Below are positions 12,132 to 23,880 of a DNA stretch of 64,000 bases, piece by piece. Every line of letters begins with the position of its first letter. The first letter of the stretch is position 1. Source of the stretch: Octopus sinensis (taxonomy: Eukaryota); the NCBI RefSeq assembly GCF_006345805.1, contig NC_043013.1, positions 7,626,001 through 7,690,000 of the forward strand, in the 5' to 3' direction. The translations under genes and the position numbers were made by a program. The notes beneath the pieces were generated by a model. The model searched no databases. It was not told the origin of the DNA and saw nothing but the letters and a program-made list of their open reading frames with translations.

Positions 12132-13892
12132 CATATACATACGTGTAATACATGCAATAAAATTGTCAAAACATATATATATATATATATAATAAATTGA
12201 TAAATAAATACAACATGCATATATATACATACATATATGTACATACCTACCTCTACATGTATATATGCATGCATATATGGGTACAGGACACCAAAAAAAC
12301 GTCGAACGCATTGAGAAACGAAAACATAAACACAAAACCAAGGAAATGGACATTTCTTTTAAACAACGACAAAATAGAGTAGAGGACATACAAAACAAGG
12401 AGAATTCCCCTCCTTCAGTCGCCTTAGTTTCATTCACTCCACATAATTCAAAAGAAAGAAAAAGTGATACTGATTTATTTTAAGATAATTACTTTCATTA
12501 TTCCTTAAAATAATTTTTCTTATATATATATATATGTATATATATACTAACAAACCCAACCCTTTTTCTAAAAAAAAAGAAGAAAAGCAGTTAGAAGTGT
12601 TTTAAGAAAATATTTAAACAACCTTGTTTAGTTACATGCATTGCCTTTTCCGATAGCAATTTCCGTTTTTAAGTATGGAAAAACAGGATTTTAGTTTTGC
12701 TTGTTACATTAGTTAAACAGTGGTTACTAATTTAGGCACAAAGCCAGCAGTTTTCAAGGGAAGAGATCGGTCGATAGAATCGACTCCAGTATATGACTGG
12801 TACATTGTTTTATCGACCCCGGAGGGATGAAAGGCAAGATCGTCCTCTGTAGGATTTGAACACAGAATGTAAAAGGGCCGACACACAAATATCGCGAACC
12901 ATTTTTCCTGATACTTTGCCACCGCTAATTGTTATTACTTAGGCCCAAATCCAAATGAACTTTGATCGTACAGACCTTTGGATCATCATACATAATAAGA
13001 TATATGCCATGCATGTAGCAGTAGAAGACCCCAGGACCTATTATAATACGTACTCGTTATATTATGTTGGCAGTGGGGACCTGTTTCCTTGGTACAGTAA
13101 CCTGGTTCAAGAGCACCGAAACATGGTCCGTCATATGACCATAAGCATCCTACCGTGGCTACTGCTTCATTTTAGGGATATGTAGGATTATGTGTTTTGC
13201 AGCATTCTGATTTAAACACTCCTTATAACCCCTCGTAACTTTTTTTTATTTTGGAGTAGAATTGCAGTGGGTGAGGGGCGGAATTTTCCGAAAAAATTTG
13301 CGAATTTGTATTCTTCACATGGGAATTCATACGATTATGCTGACATTTTTTTTAACCCATCCCTCCTTTAAAATTCTAAAAGTTCCACAATATGTTATTT
13401 CCTTGTTTAAAATGGTAGGCTGTGTTCTGAAGGATATTTTAGCGTTCTTTTTAAGTATACGGCGAGAATAGAAAAAAAATAAAACTTTACAGTGAGAAAG
13501 AAAAAAAGAAAAAGTTATATTTGGAGTTTAATAACACTTCAAAGAGTTAAACTCCTGAATGATGCGGATGTAGTTTTTTTTTCTCGGTGCCTAAGCACTT
13601 ACTCAACATACATCCTTATCTATATGCATCCACACAAACATGTTGCATTGTGGTCGAACGAATAAGAGGAGTGCTCAATATATTTTGTTGAGGATATGGT
13701 GTGTGTGTGTATATGTGTGTGTGGCTATATGGTAAGAAGCTTACTTCCCAAACCACATGGATCCGGATTCAATCCCACTGCGTGGGACCTTCGACAAGTG
13801 TCTTCCATAGCCTCGTGTCGACCAAAGCCTCGTCAGTGGATTTGGTAAACGGAAATTGAAAGAATCCCATCGTGTATATATATATATATATA

Positions 13893-14263
13893 CTAGCAGT
13901 ATCGCCCGGCGTTGCTCGGGTTTGTAAGGGAAATAACTATAAAGCATTTTTAGAGAGTTATAGCCAAAAAATGGGGAAAAAATTATGGTAAATTTTTTTT
14001 TAGTTAAAAAGGTCGAGTTGCGTCCCCTAGACAGTCTGTGGTTTGTGTTTCTGATTCTCGACCCCATGTCGAATTTATCGATTTTTTTCAGAACTGGGGG
14101 AACTTTGCAAAATTTTCGCTGCGTTAGTTTTGAATTATGACATTGGGCTATGTGTGTGTCAAGTTTCATCAGAATCGGTTGAAAGCCGTGGTCAGGGTGA
14201 GGGTACAACCTAACAGACACACAGAAACACACACAGACAAACTGCCGTTTATATATAGAAAGA
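13893..14263 (-). mobile_element. Non-autonomous Helitron
   Basis: Minus strand: A|TCTTTCTATATATAAAC... 5' end, subterminal hairpin cccgagcaacgccggg, CTAG|T 3' end, no TSD. Confidence 0.85.
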
Positions 14264-14582
14264 TACACAAAAATGGGACAAGAACGCGAAACATCCAGAC
14301 AGTTAAGTGATAAAAAAAAGGAACAACAAAACATCCAGATAGACGGTACAAAGTAAACAAGGACGGATCTTAGCTTAGTTTTTCCTTAGGGCTGGCCAGA
14401 TTGGAGCAATATCGAGTATAACCAGCCGAAATTGCAAAGATAATCTGGAACTCGACTGAGGAAAGAAAACTCCGAATGACCCGTTCTTGTTTTCTTTGTA
14501 TCGTCTATCTGGACGTTTTGCTGTCCCTTTTTTGTATCACCTAACTGTCTGGATGTTTTGCGTTCTTGTCCCATTTTTGTAT
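14264..14582. mobile_element. Fold-back / MITE-like element, ~105-bp inverted arms
   Basis: 14264-14369 is the reverse complement of 14478-14582, about 11 mismatches, mostly transitions. Confidence 0.85.
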
Positions 14583-14726
14583 TTTTTATGCTTATGTCTG
14601 AACAAACGTACGACAAGTCATTCGTTCTTAATATGTCAAATATGATTAGTAACAGGAATCGATTTGATCATAAAGAAATGTGTTCTTGTATATTAAAAAA
14701 ATTTTTTTTACAAGAAATATATAAGC

Positions 14727-15115
14727 GCAGGAGTGGCTGTGTGGTAAGTAGCTTGCTAACCGACCACATGGTTCCGGGTTCAGTCCCACTGCGTGACATC
14801 TTGGGCAAGTGTCTTCTGCTATAGCCCCGGGCCGACCAAAGCCTTGTGAGTGGATTTGGTAGACGGAAACTGAAAGAAGCCTGTCGTATATATGTATATA
14901 TATATGTATGTGTGTGTGTTTGTCCCCCTAGCATTGCTTGACAAACGATGCTGGTGTGTTTACGTCCCTGTCACTTAGCGGTTCGGCAAAAGAGACCGAT
15001 AGAATAAGTACTGGGCTTACAAAGAATAAGTCCCGGGGTCGATTTGCTCGACTAAAGGCGGTGCTCCAGCATGGCCACAGTCAAATGACTGAAACAAGTA
15101 AAAGAGTAAAGAGAG
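14727..15115 (+). mobile_element. SINE family B, full length
   Basis: caggagtggctgtgtggtaag...gggttcagtcccactg head; ...aaacaagtaaaagagtaaa tail. Confidence 0.85.
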
Positions 15116-15729
15116 TAAGTTACCTCTCGTTTCCTAATTAAAGCCAAACTTTATTTCGTTTCAGTTAATCACTTGGGGGAATATATGAACATATTGATCC
15201 TACTTCTCATGTTTTTATATGATCCAAGTAAAAAAAATTATTTCAAAATCAAATGCTAGATTTTTGTTTTTAATTATATCATATTGTGTAGGAAATTCTT
15301 AATTTGCGATCATTTTTAAGGTCACAACAGCAATAACTAAAACATGACATTTTGTTTTTAAAAGTGACTGATATGTCTTTTGTTATTATGAAGCACTTAT
15401 TTACTGAAAAGTGATGATGATGATGGTGATGACGGTGGTGGTGAGGATGATGATGGCAGCTATTGTAACCTTCATCCCTCTTTTGGGCCATGAAATAAAG
15501 ATTCAAACGTTGACATTACTTAACTATTATTAAACAGGAGACTGAATAAATTTTAGTGCGTGCTCTTAGACACACATATACGCACGCACGCACACATACA
15601 CACATAAGTACATACACAGACATACATACTTATAAATACTTTTATACATATACACATAAATACACACACATATATACTCGTAATTACATACACGTATACA
15701 CATACATGCATACACATATGCAGACACGC

Positions 15730-15778
<49 letters not shown>

Positions 15779-15779
<1 letters not shown>

Positions 15780-16173
15780 TAGCAGTATCGCCCGGCGTTG
15801 CTCGGGTTTGTAAGGAAAATAACTATATAAGCATTTTTAGAGATGTAAAGTATAATAGCCATTTCAATATGGCTAACCACAAAGTTGGGTGTTACTGTAG
15901 GTTTTTACATTCTGAGATTTAATAATAAATTTTTAGAGAGTTACTTCCCTTATATAATAGCAAAAAAAGTGCATTAAAAATGGGAAAAATTATGGTAAAT
16001 TTTTTTTTAAATCGTAGACTCATCGTAGATGCGCGCTAATACCCAGAAGGGCTCGATGTGAATCACGACTATAAGATACCCGGTTTTGGTTACACTGCAC
16101 TGCAAAATGTGGGAGTAGTTAGGAATCTAAATCGTAGGAGACAGACACACAACCTCACTTTTATATATAAAGA
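15779..16173 (-). mobile_element. Non-autonomous Helitron (second subfamily)
   Basis: A|TCTTTATATATAAAAG 5' end; same hairpin and CTAG|T 3' end as 13893-14263. Confidence 0.85.
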
Positions 16174-16579
16174 TATACTCATAAATACATACACGCATGC
16201 ACATACATGCATACACACACACATACGCACACACACATATACACTAACAAACAATAACAGGCTGTCACCAAACTTGTATTATTCAATATCTGTTACGCTG
16301 ATTGATTTCCAATTATTCCATAAAGTATCATTTCATCACTATATCATTTGAATAAAAAAGATGTTTGTTTTGTTACTATCATTATTGCTTTTCGTTTTAC
16401 ATTAGCTCAAGGCCACGTATTTGTAAAGAAAGGTTTTAAGTTAGTTGAATCGATTTGCTAAAAAGAAAAACCAGCTGAACAAACCAATCGCTCTAAAATC
16501 ATGTTACTGTCTTAGAAAAAAAAAGGATATTGAATAGTGTAGACTGTATGTATGTATGTATGTATGTGTGTGTGTGTGG

Positions 16580-17090
16580 CTGTCCCCTCATGCACAATCC
16601 TTCTCCACCTGCTACGAGTTGCACATGAGAAAGTAAGGAGGGATGTCAAGAAGGGCATCGCTGTTACACTTCCCGAAGGGAAGGGTCTTCCTTTGATGCT
16701 GACATGCAATGTCTCTGCAAGACCCTGCCTCAGTAAAGCTGGACTCAAGAGTCATCTTCGTAGTCATAAAACGAGACAGATGAGTGACAACCTGGCCACT
16801 GGTGGTTAGTGTAACACACCATACTAATCATACTAATCATATCTGTCGGGCTTGTGGAAGAGAGTGTAATTCGACAGGAGGACTTAAACGACATGCAAAG
16901 GTACATGAAGCCCAGTTACAACTACAGCCGGCTATTACCGGTAAAGGTTTTAGCTGCCAATTCTGTACAAGACATTGTAGATCTTTAGCTGGGCTAAAAA
17001 GTCACATTCGATCACAGCACCAATAACAGTTAAGCTTCGTGCAATGGCCATACTCGATAATGAGGGGGCAGCCATAATAATAATAATAAT
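16580..17090 (+). pseudogene. RTE-like LINE 3' fragment with three C2H2-type zinc fingers, frameshifted
   Basis: CNVSARPCLSKAGLKSHLRSH (first finger has the second Cys mutated), CRACGRECNSTGGLKRHAKVH and CQFCTRHCRSLAGLKSHIRSQH, then a short UTR ending ggcagccat(aat)n. Confidence 0.75.
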
Positions 17091-17747
17091 GTATGTATGT
17101 ATGGATGGATGGATGTGCATGTATATACATACATAAATGTGTATGTATGTATGTTTGTACACACACACGCACATAGATAAACATTGTGTGAGAAGAAAAA
17201 AAAATATATACGATTGTCTGTTTTTCATTATAAATCTGTTTGATCAGGGCTGACCTGAGGCTGGGCTTGAGCAACAAAAATATCTAGTATTTCTTTTACT
17301 GAAATCAGGAGGCAAGAATGGCAAAGCATAATTAAATGCCAGTGGGAACAGAATTCAGAACTTAAAGAGACGAAATTAAATACTGTGAGCCGTTTCGTTC
17401 CATGACGAAACATTTGCCTTCAGAGGGTGTAATAGCTAAGGTTTAGTAGTTCAGCAAAGTAGGATGTGTGTGTGTGTGTGTGTGTAACAATATCTGTCTA
17501 ACCAGCTGTCTGTCTCTGTCTGTATATATATATGAGTGTGTGAGCATACGTCATCATCATCTGCATTGAACGTCCGTTTTCTATGCTGGCGTGGATTGGA
17601 TTGTTTGACAGCAGCTGACAGGTCAGAAGACCACGCCAAACTCCATCCTGTTTTGGTCATGACGATTATGGCTGGATGCCCTTTGTACATTGCGTGTACG
17701 TGTATGCGTGTGTGTGCGTATTTGAAAGAACGAATTGGAATGGCTTT

Positions 17748-18124
17748 TCTCTTTTACTTGTTTCAGTCATGTGACTGTGGCCATGCTGGAGCACCGCTTT
17801 TAGTCGAGCAAATCGACCCCAGGACTTATTCTTTGTAAGCCTCGTACTTATTCTCTCAGTTTCTTTTGCCAAACCGCTAAGTTAGGGGGACGTAAACACA
17901 CTAGCATCGGTGTTGGTGGGGGACAAACACAGACACACAAACATACACACACACATACATATATAGAGAGATATATACGACGGGCTTCTTTTCAGTTTCC
18001 GTCTACCAAATCCACTCAAGGCTTTGGTTGGCCCGAGGCTATAGTACAAGACACTTGTGCCATGCAGTGGGACTGAACCCGGAACCATGGTGTTGGTAAG
18101 CAAGCTACTTACCACACAGCCACT
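17748..18124 (-). mobile_element. SINE family B
   Basis: Reverse complement of 14727-15115. Confidence 0.85.
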
Positions 18125-18378
18125 TATAACCTTTCTATTTTAATTAGATGTTTATAAGTTATATATACACACACATCAGTATTTTCTGAACAACCCTGTG
18201 TCCACTCCTTATTCAGCAATGATTTGCCTATGAGGGAATTTCTATGCAATTGCTTTACTTGCTGAAAATTGCCTGTGTCTAATTATGTTGTATATTTTGG
18301 GCACATTGGTTTAAGTGGTTTGTAATACCTTTAACTAAAGAAGGGATGGCCACAGCCAGAACTCCTTTGATTATATAT

Positions 18379-18610
18379 CTATTTCTTTATTGCCCACAAG
18401 GGGTTAAACATAGAGGGGACAAACAAGGACAGACATAGGTATTAAGTCGATTACATCGACTCCAGTGCGTAACTGGTACTTAATTTATCGACCCCGAAAG
18501 GATGAAAGGCAAAGTCGACCTCGGTGGAATTTGAACTCAGAACGTAACGCAGACGAAATACTGCTAAGCATTTCGCCCGGCGTGCTAACATTTCTGCCAA
18601 CTCGTCACCT
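18379..18610 (-). mobile_element. SINE family A
   Basis: Matches 2971-3196. Confidence 0.85.
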
Positions 18611-19668
18611 TTGATTATATATCTGCTTGGAACTAATCAATAACAGTAACTCGGTAGAACTGAATATTAATTGTTTAGTGTTTAATGTTTTAGCATTTAA
18701 ACTGGCCATATCCGACTCAAACTGTCTACCTATTTTATGTGGAAACCAGCCAGATCCAAAAGGTCAATTAGAATAAGCACCAGGTTTTAAAAGAAAATAA
18801 ATCATGCGGTTGATTCATACCATTAAAATTTCTTCAAGGCGGTACCCCAGCATGGTCGCAGTCTCATAACTGAAACAAGTAAAAGAATTTCATCATAGAA
18901 ATGTCAAAACTACAAGATAACACGTGGTTAATTCTATAGAATAAATAAATAAGGAATAAGCAATGCCCGTCTAATCTGAATACTGGAGGGTTAAGCAACA
19001 TTCATCAAGGAAAACAAATGAATACATTTTAGGACCCTAGGTACAACACGGTGTTATTAGTAAGACCAACAATGTCACTTGTCTCACTCTTTCTCTCTCA
19101 TTCATAAATTTTTGCTTATCTCAGCAGAAATGAAAGTTGTACAAATGAAAAGCAAGCAAAAAAATATCCTGTTTTAGCCTCTCAAATTACAGAAATTTTA
19201 CTGAAGCTCTGGAGAACCAAAACATGAGGAAAGCTATACATAAAAGAAAACGAAAAATAAGATTCAGAGAGAATTTACAGACATAATTAATGCCAGGAAT
19301 GTTGAACTGACTAGTCTATAACATGTTGTTGTTGTTGTTGATGATGATGATGATGATCCTTTCTACTATAGGCACAAGGCCTGAAATTTGATGGGAGGGG
19401 ACTGGTCGATTAGATCAACCCCAGTGTTTCACTGGTACCTAATTTATTAACCCCAAAAGGATGAAAGAAAAATTTGACACCGGTGGAATTTGAACTCAGA
19501 ATATGAAGACAAATGAAATACTGCTTAGCGTTTTGCCCAGCATTCTAATGATGCTGCCTTATATTATTATTATTATATTATTATTATTATTATTATTATA
19601 ATAATACCAACAACAACAATAATCTTTTCTATTATAGGCACAATGCTTGAAATTTGGTAGGAGGGGAC

Positions 19669-19700
<32 letters not shown>

Positions 19701-20570
19701 CGGCCCCAGTGTTTCACTGGTACTTAATTTATCGACTCCAAAAGGATGAAAGGCAAAGTCGACCACAGCGGAATTTGAACTCAGAATGTGAGGACAGACG
19801 ACATACCGCTAAGCATTTCGCCCTGCATGCTAACGACTCTGCCAACTTGCTGCCTTAATAAGAAGAGATGGAGTTTTGACTACAGAGAAGAGACGAAAAT
19901 GTTTGGAATTGGCTGGTGAAAGTGACCCTTTGTCAGTTAGACTCTTATAGAGAAAGTAATACCTCTGAACCAATGTTATTATTGGAAAACTCTGAATATA
20001 TTAGCGGTGGTGGTGGTGGCGGTGGCGGCACCAAAAACTGTTTCAACATATTTTCCTTTAAATCCTGTTATTTTCCATATTTGTACAGATGAATTTTTGC
20101 CTAGAAAACTATGCAATTTATCTAGTCTTTTGTCATCAATGGTATTTTCTGTGCTAAAACAATACCTGACCCCTCTCCCCAACACACACACACACACACA
20201 CACACATCTTAAAGATCACTGACAAATGTTAGAATTTAAAGCTTTATCAAAACACCTGACTGGTACCAACCTTTCCTTGATCACAGTGCCACCATTAGCT
20301 TGTCACTGATTTTTATCTTCACTGATTTGACACAAATTGGGGCTCCCAGTACCTATCACTGCTCACTTTATGTTTCTGTCTGCCTGTCTGTCTGCACGTA
20401 TGTCCTTCCCCCCTCCCTCCCTGATCTCTTGTTTGCTATCTTTTCCATTACTGCATTGCTCTCTATTTCTCTCTAAGAGTCTCTCTTACCCCTCTCTCTG
20501 TCAGTACATACAGATGTGTATATATAACTTATATATGTGTATGTATGTATATATATATATATATATATGT

Positions 20571-20965
20571 GCAGGAGTGGCTGTGTGGTAAGTCACTTGC
20601 TTACCAACCACATGATTTCGGGTTCAGTCCCACTGCATGGCATCTTGGGCAAGTGTCTTCTACTATAGCCTCGGGCCAACCAAAGCTTTGTGAGTGGATT
20701 TGATTGATGGAAACCGAAAGAAGCCCGTCGTATATATGTATATGTATATATGTGTGTGTGTCTGTGTTTGTCTGTGTGTGTGTGTGTGTCCCTACATTGC
20801 ATGACAACTGATGCTGGTGTGTTTATGTACCCGTAACTTAGCGATTTGGCAAAAATAGAATAAGTACTAGGCTTACAAAGAATAAGTCCTGGGGTCGATT
20901 TCCTTGACTAAAGGAGGTGCTCCAGCATGGCCACAGTCAAATGACTGAAACAAGTAAAAGAGTAT
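20571..20965 (+). mobile_element. SINE family B
   Basis: Matches 14727-15115; its tail is mirrored by an inverted copy at 20977-21046. Confidence 0.85.
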
Positions 20966-21046
20966 ATATATATATGTATACTCTTTTACTTGTTTCAGTC
21001 ATTTGACTGTGGCCATGCTGGAGCACCGCCTTTAGTCGAGGAAATC

Positions 21047-21224
21047 TATAATTTAGAGAAAAACCACTATTAAACAATTCAATAAAGGAAGATGCTATTC
21101 ACACTATATAGAAAACATATACTTTGAAAAAAAGTTATTTTAAATAAATCTTATGTTTTCTATATGGTGTGAATAACATCTTTCTTTATTGAATTGTTTA
21201 ATAGTGGCTTCTCTCTAAATTATA
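21047..21224. repeat. AT-rich fold-back element, ~73-bp arms
   Basis: tataatttagagaaaaaccactattaaacaattcaataaagg... (21047-21119) pairs with 21152-21224; TATA at both ends. Confidence 0.85.
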
Positions 21225-21307
21225 TACACATATTATATATTGTGAAATTTGATTTAAAATTGTTAGATTGGATTTTTTTCCTGTATGTTTGGGAATTATA
21301 TTCCCTA

Positions 21308-21343
<36 letters not shown>

Positions 21344-21851
21344 TTGTGTATGTATGTATGTATGTATGTATATGTATGTGTATGTATGTATGTATGTATG
21401 TATAAGTGTGTGTGTGTGTGTATACACGTTTACAAATATATACGTGCATGCTTGCAAATCCACATTTGCATATAAATCATCGTTATCTCCTTCTTATCAT
21501 TTGTAGCAACTTAGGAAGATTTAGCTCTGTTATCATCACAGTGTATTATTTCTATTCAGACATTGAAATGTGTTGCAGAGAAAACTTGTCCAAATTGTAT
21601 TTTCTCTAATGATAATCACATACCAAAGCAGCATTTAATCCACTCAATCTTCCCACCTCTCTTTTTTTTTTTTACTCTATGTCTGACGTAATGGCTTATG
21701 CTTAAATAAATCTTCTTATGCTCTTTTTTCTCTCTCATCTCGTAATTCTAATCTCGAATGAGGATACACTGCACAGCAGAAACTTCCAACGCGTGCCAGT
21801 ATAGAAAGACAGGAATTCATCTAGAGAGATAATGGTGGTGTTGGTGATGCT

Positions 21852-22200
21852 CTTGAAGGCGCATGGTTCAGTTGTTAGAGCATCAGGCTCACAGTCTTGA
21901 GGTTGTGAGTTCGATTCCTGGACTGGGCTGTGTGTTGCGTTCTTGAGCAAGACACTTTATTTCATGTTGCTCCAGTTCACTCAACTGTAGAAGCGAGTGG
22001 CGATGTCACTAGTGCCAAGCTGTATTGGCCTTTGCCTCTCCCTAGGATAACATTGATGGCATGAAGAGGGGAGGCTTTTATGCATGGTTAACTACTGGTC
22101 TTCCACAAACAACCTTGCCTGGGCTTGTGCCTTGGAGGGTAACTTTCTAGGTGCAATCCCATGGTCGTTCATGACCAAAGGGAGATCTTCACCCTTTACC
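21852..22200 (+). mobile_element. SINE family D head with a distinct tail (W)
   Basis: gaaggcgcatggttcagttgttag...gttcgattcc...cttgagcaagacacttt head; the tail is unlike those at 62690 and 29645. Confidence 0.6.
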
Positions 22201-22411
22201 CTGGTGGTGCCAAGAATTATGAATCTATAACAGTTGATGCAGGAATATTTCATTCACACACTGGATTGTTGAGGTATCCAAAGACTTGATATTCAAGAAG
22301 AGATTTGTAAACCATTAACACTAGCATGGTTTCCTATAACTTTCTTTAGTATTCTACAGAAAAATTTCGATCCATCTCTAATGAAACATTTATCGGTCAT
22401 GCAGTACTTAC

Positions 22412-22465
22412 TGCTTAGAGTGGTGAATCGTACCTCTTCATAAGATCTGTGTACTGCCAGGTGGA
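22412..22465 (-). CDS. Candidate coding exon (phase 1-1): HLAVHRSYEEVRFTTLS
   Basis: Acceptor ctcactgtctcag|, donor GCA|gtaagt, 54 nt, only one open frame. Confidence 0.4.
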
Positions 22466-23617
22466 CTGAGACAGTGAGAATTAGGTCTTTTCCCTTTTAC
22501 TTGTTTCAGTCATTTGATTGCAGCCATGCTAGAGCACCACCTTGAAGGGTTTTAGTTGAACAAATCGACCTCAGATCTTTTTTTTTCATTTTCTCAGCCT
22601 AGTACTTATTCTATTGGTCTCTTTTGCCAAACCATTAGGTTAAGGGAACATAAACACACCAACATCAGTTATCAAGCAGTGGTGGATAACAATCACATAT
22701 GTAAAGACACACCCTCTCTCTCTCTCTCTCACACACACACATATATACGCCATGATTCTTTCAGTTTCATAGAGAATGAGACAATAAAATAATCACATCA
22801 TGTGATCACATGACCAACCAGACTATCAGATGTAGTTACACATCGCTGGTCACAATGCGCTTTTGCATTGCTTTAGCCTTCAAATGACACCAGCCCTCTG
22901 GCTAGGCAAGTAGGCCAACCCCCCCCCTTGATTGAAGGGGGATTGGAGCAAGATGAAATAAAGTGTTTTGCTCAAGAACACAATGTGTTGCCCTGTCAGA
23001 GAATCAAACCTGCAATCTGACCACTAGAATAAGTACCAAACTTTAAAACAATTAGTAGGATTAATTTGTTTGACTAAACCCTTTAAGATGGTAGCCCAGC
23101 ATGGCTGTAGTCCAGCGATTGATACAAACAAAAGAGTAAAAGGATCTCAGTGACTAATTCTGGTCAAGAAAGACAAGGGAGATAAATTTAGATTCAAATT
23201 AATTAAAAAATAGAATACAACAGTGAAGAGTGAATCTGATCTTTGGCAGTGCTGGGACAACTGTGGATAGGCACTGGTTTTATTAGAGGAAGATATTCAC
23301 ACCAACACTTTACAAACTGCTCAGATTTAAATACTATTGGCGATGCACTTGTGACACCCTTGTCAGCAGTGACATGCCACAAGATTTAGGCAACACATGG
23401 TGGTCTAAATACAGAGAAAAACTTCCTGTAATATCATGCTATAAAAAGCTTATCTATAAGCAATTAGCTAAAGCTAAAATACTTATAAGTAACACTGTAA
23501 TAAGTAGATTATTAACGAAATTATAACTTTCACACATCAGGCTTAAATGGTTTGCTGTCAGAGCAATAGAAAGATACCTAAATACCATGGTTATGATGGT
23601 TGTAATAATGTAAATGA

Positions 23618-23880
23618 TGAGGCGCAATGGCCTAGGGGTTAGGGCATCAAACTCGCAGTCAGAGGATCGCAGTCTCGATTGCCAGACCGGGTGTTGTGTG
23701 TGTTTATTGAGCGAAAACACCTAAAGCTCCAAGAGGCTCCCCAACTTTCTCTCACTCTTTCTTCCTGTTTCTTGAGTAATGCTGCAATGGACTGGTGTCC
23801 CGTCCAGCTGGGGGGAACACATACGCCAAAGAAACCGGGAAACCGGGCCCATGAGCCTGGGTAGGCTTGAAAAGGACACA
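23618..23880 (+). mobile_element. SINE family C
   Basis: gaggcgcaatggcc head; tail shared with 59213-59500. Confidence 0.8.

Noticed and set aside
13095-13150. Hammerhead-like CGAAAC plus ATGGTC/GACCAT hairpin
   Set aside because: No CUGANGA core and no NUH site in the correct position
13741-14334. 197-aa ORF
   Set aside because: It spans a SINE, a non-autonomous Helitron and a fold-back arm, so it is a chance ORF
17385-17430. gtttcgt/acgaaac hairpin with CTGAAG nearby
   Set aside because: The stems cannot be arranged into hammerhead topology; the hairpin is too short to be informative
23618-23700. tRNA genes at SINE heads (also 56303, 59213, 21852)
   Set aside because: Only tRNA-derived A/B boxes; there is no complete acceptor stem and the sequence continues into a SINE body
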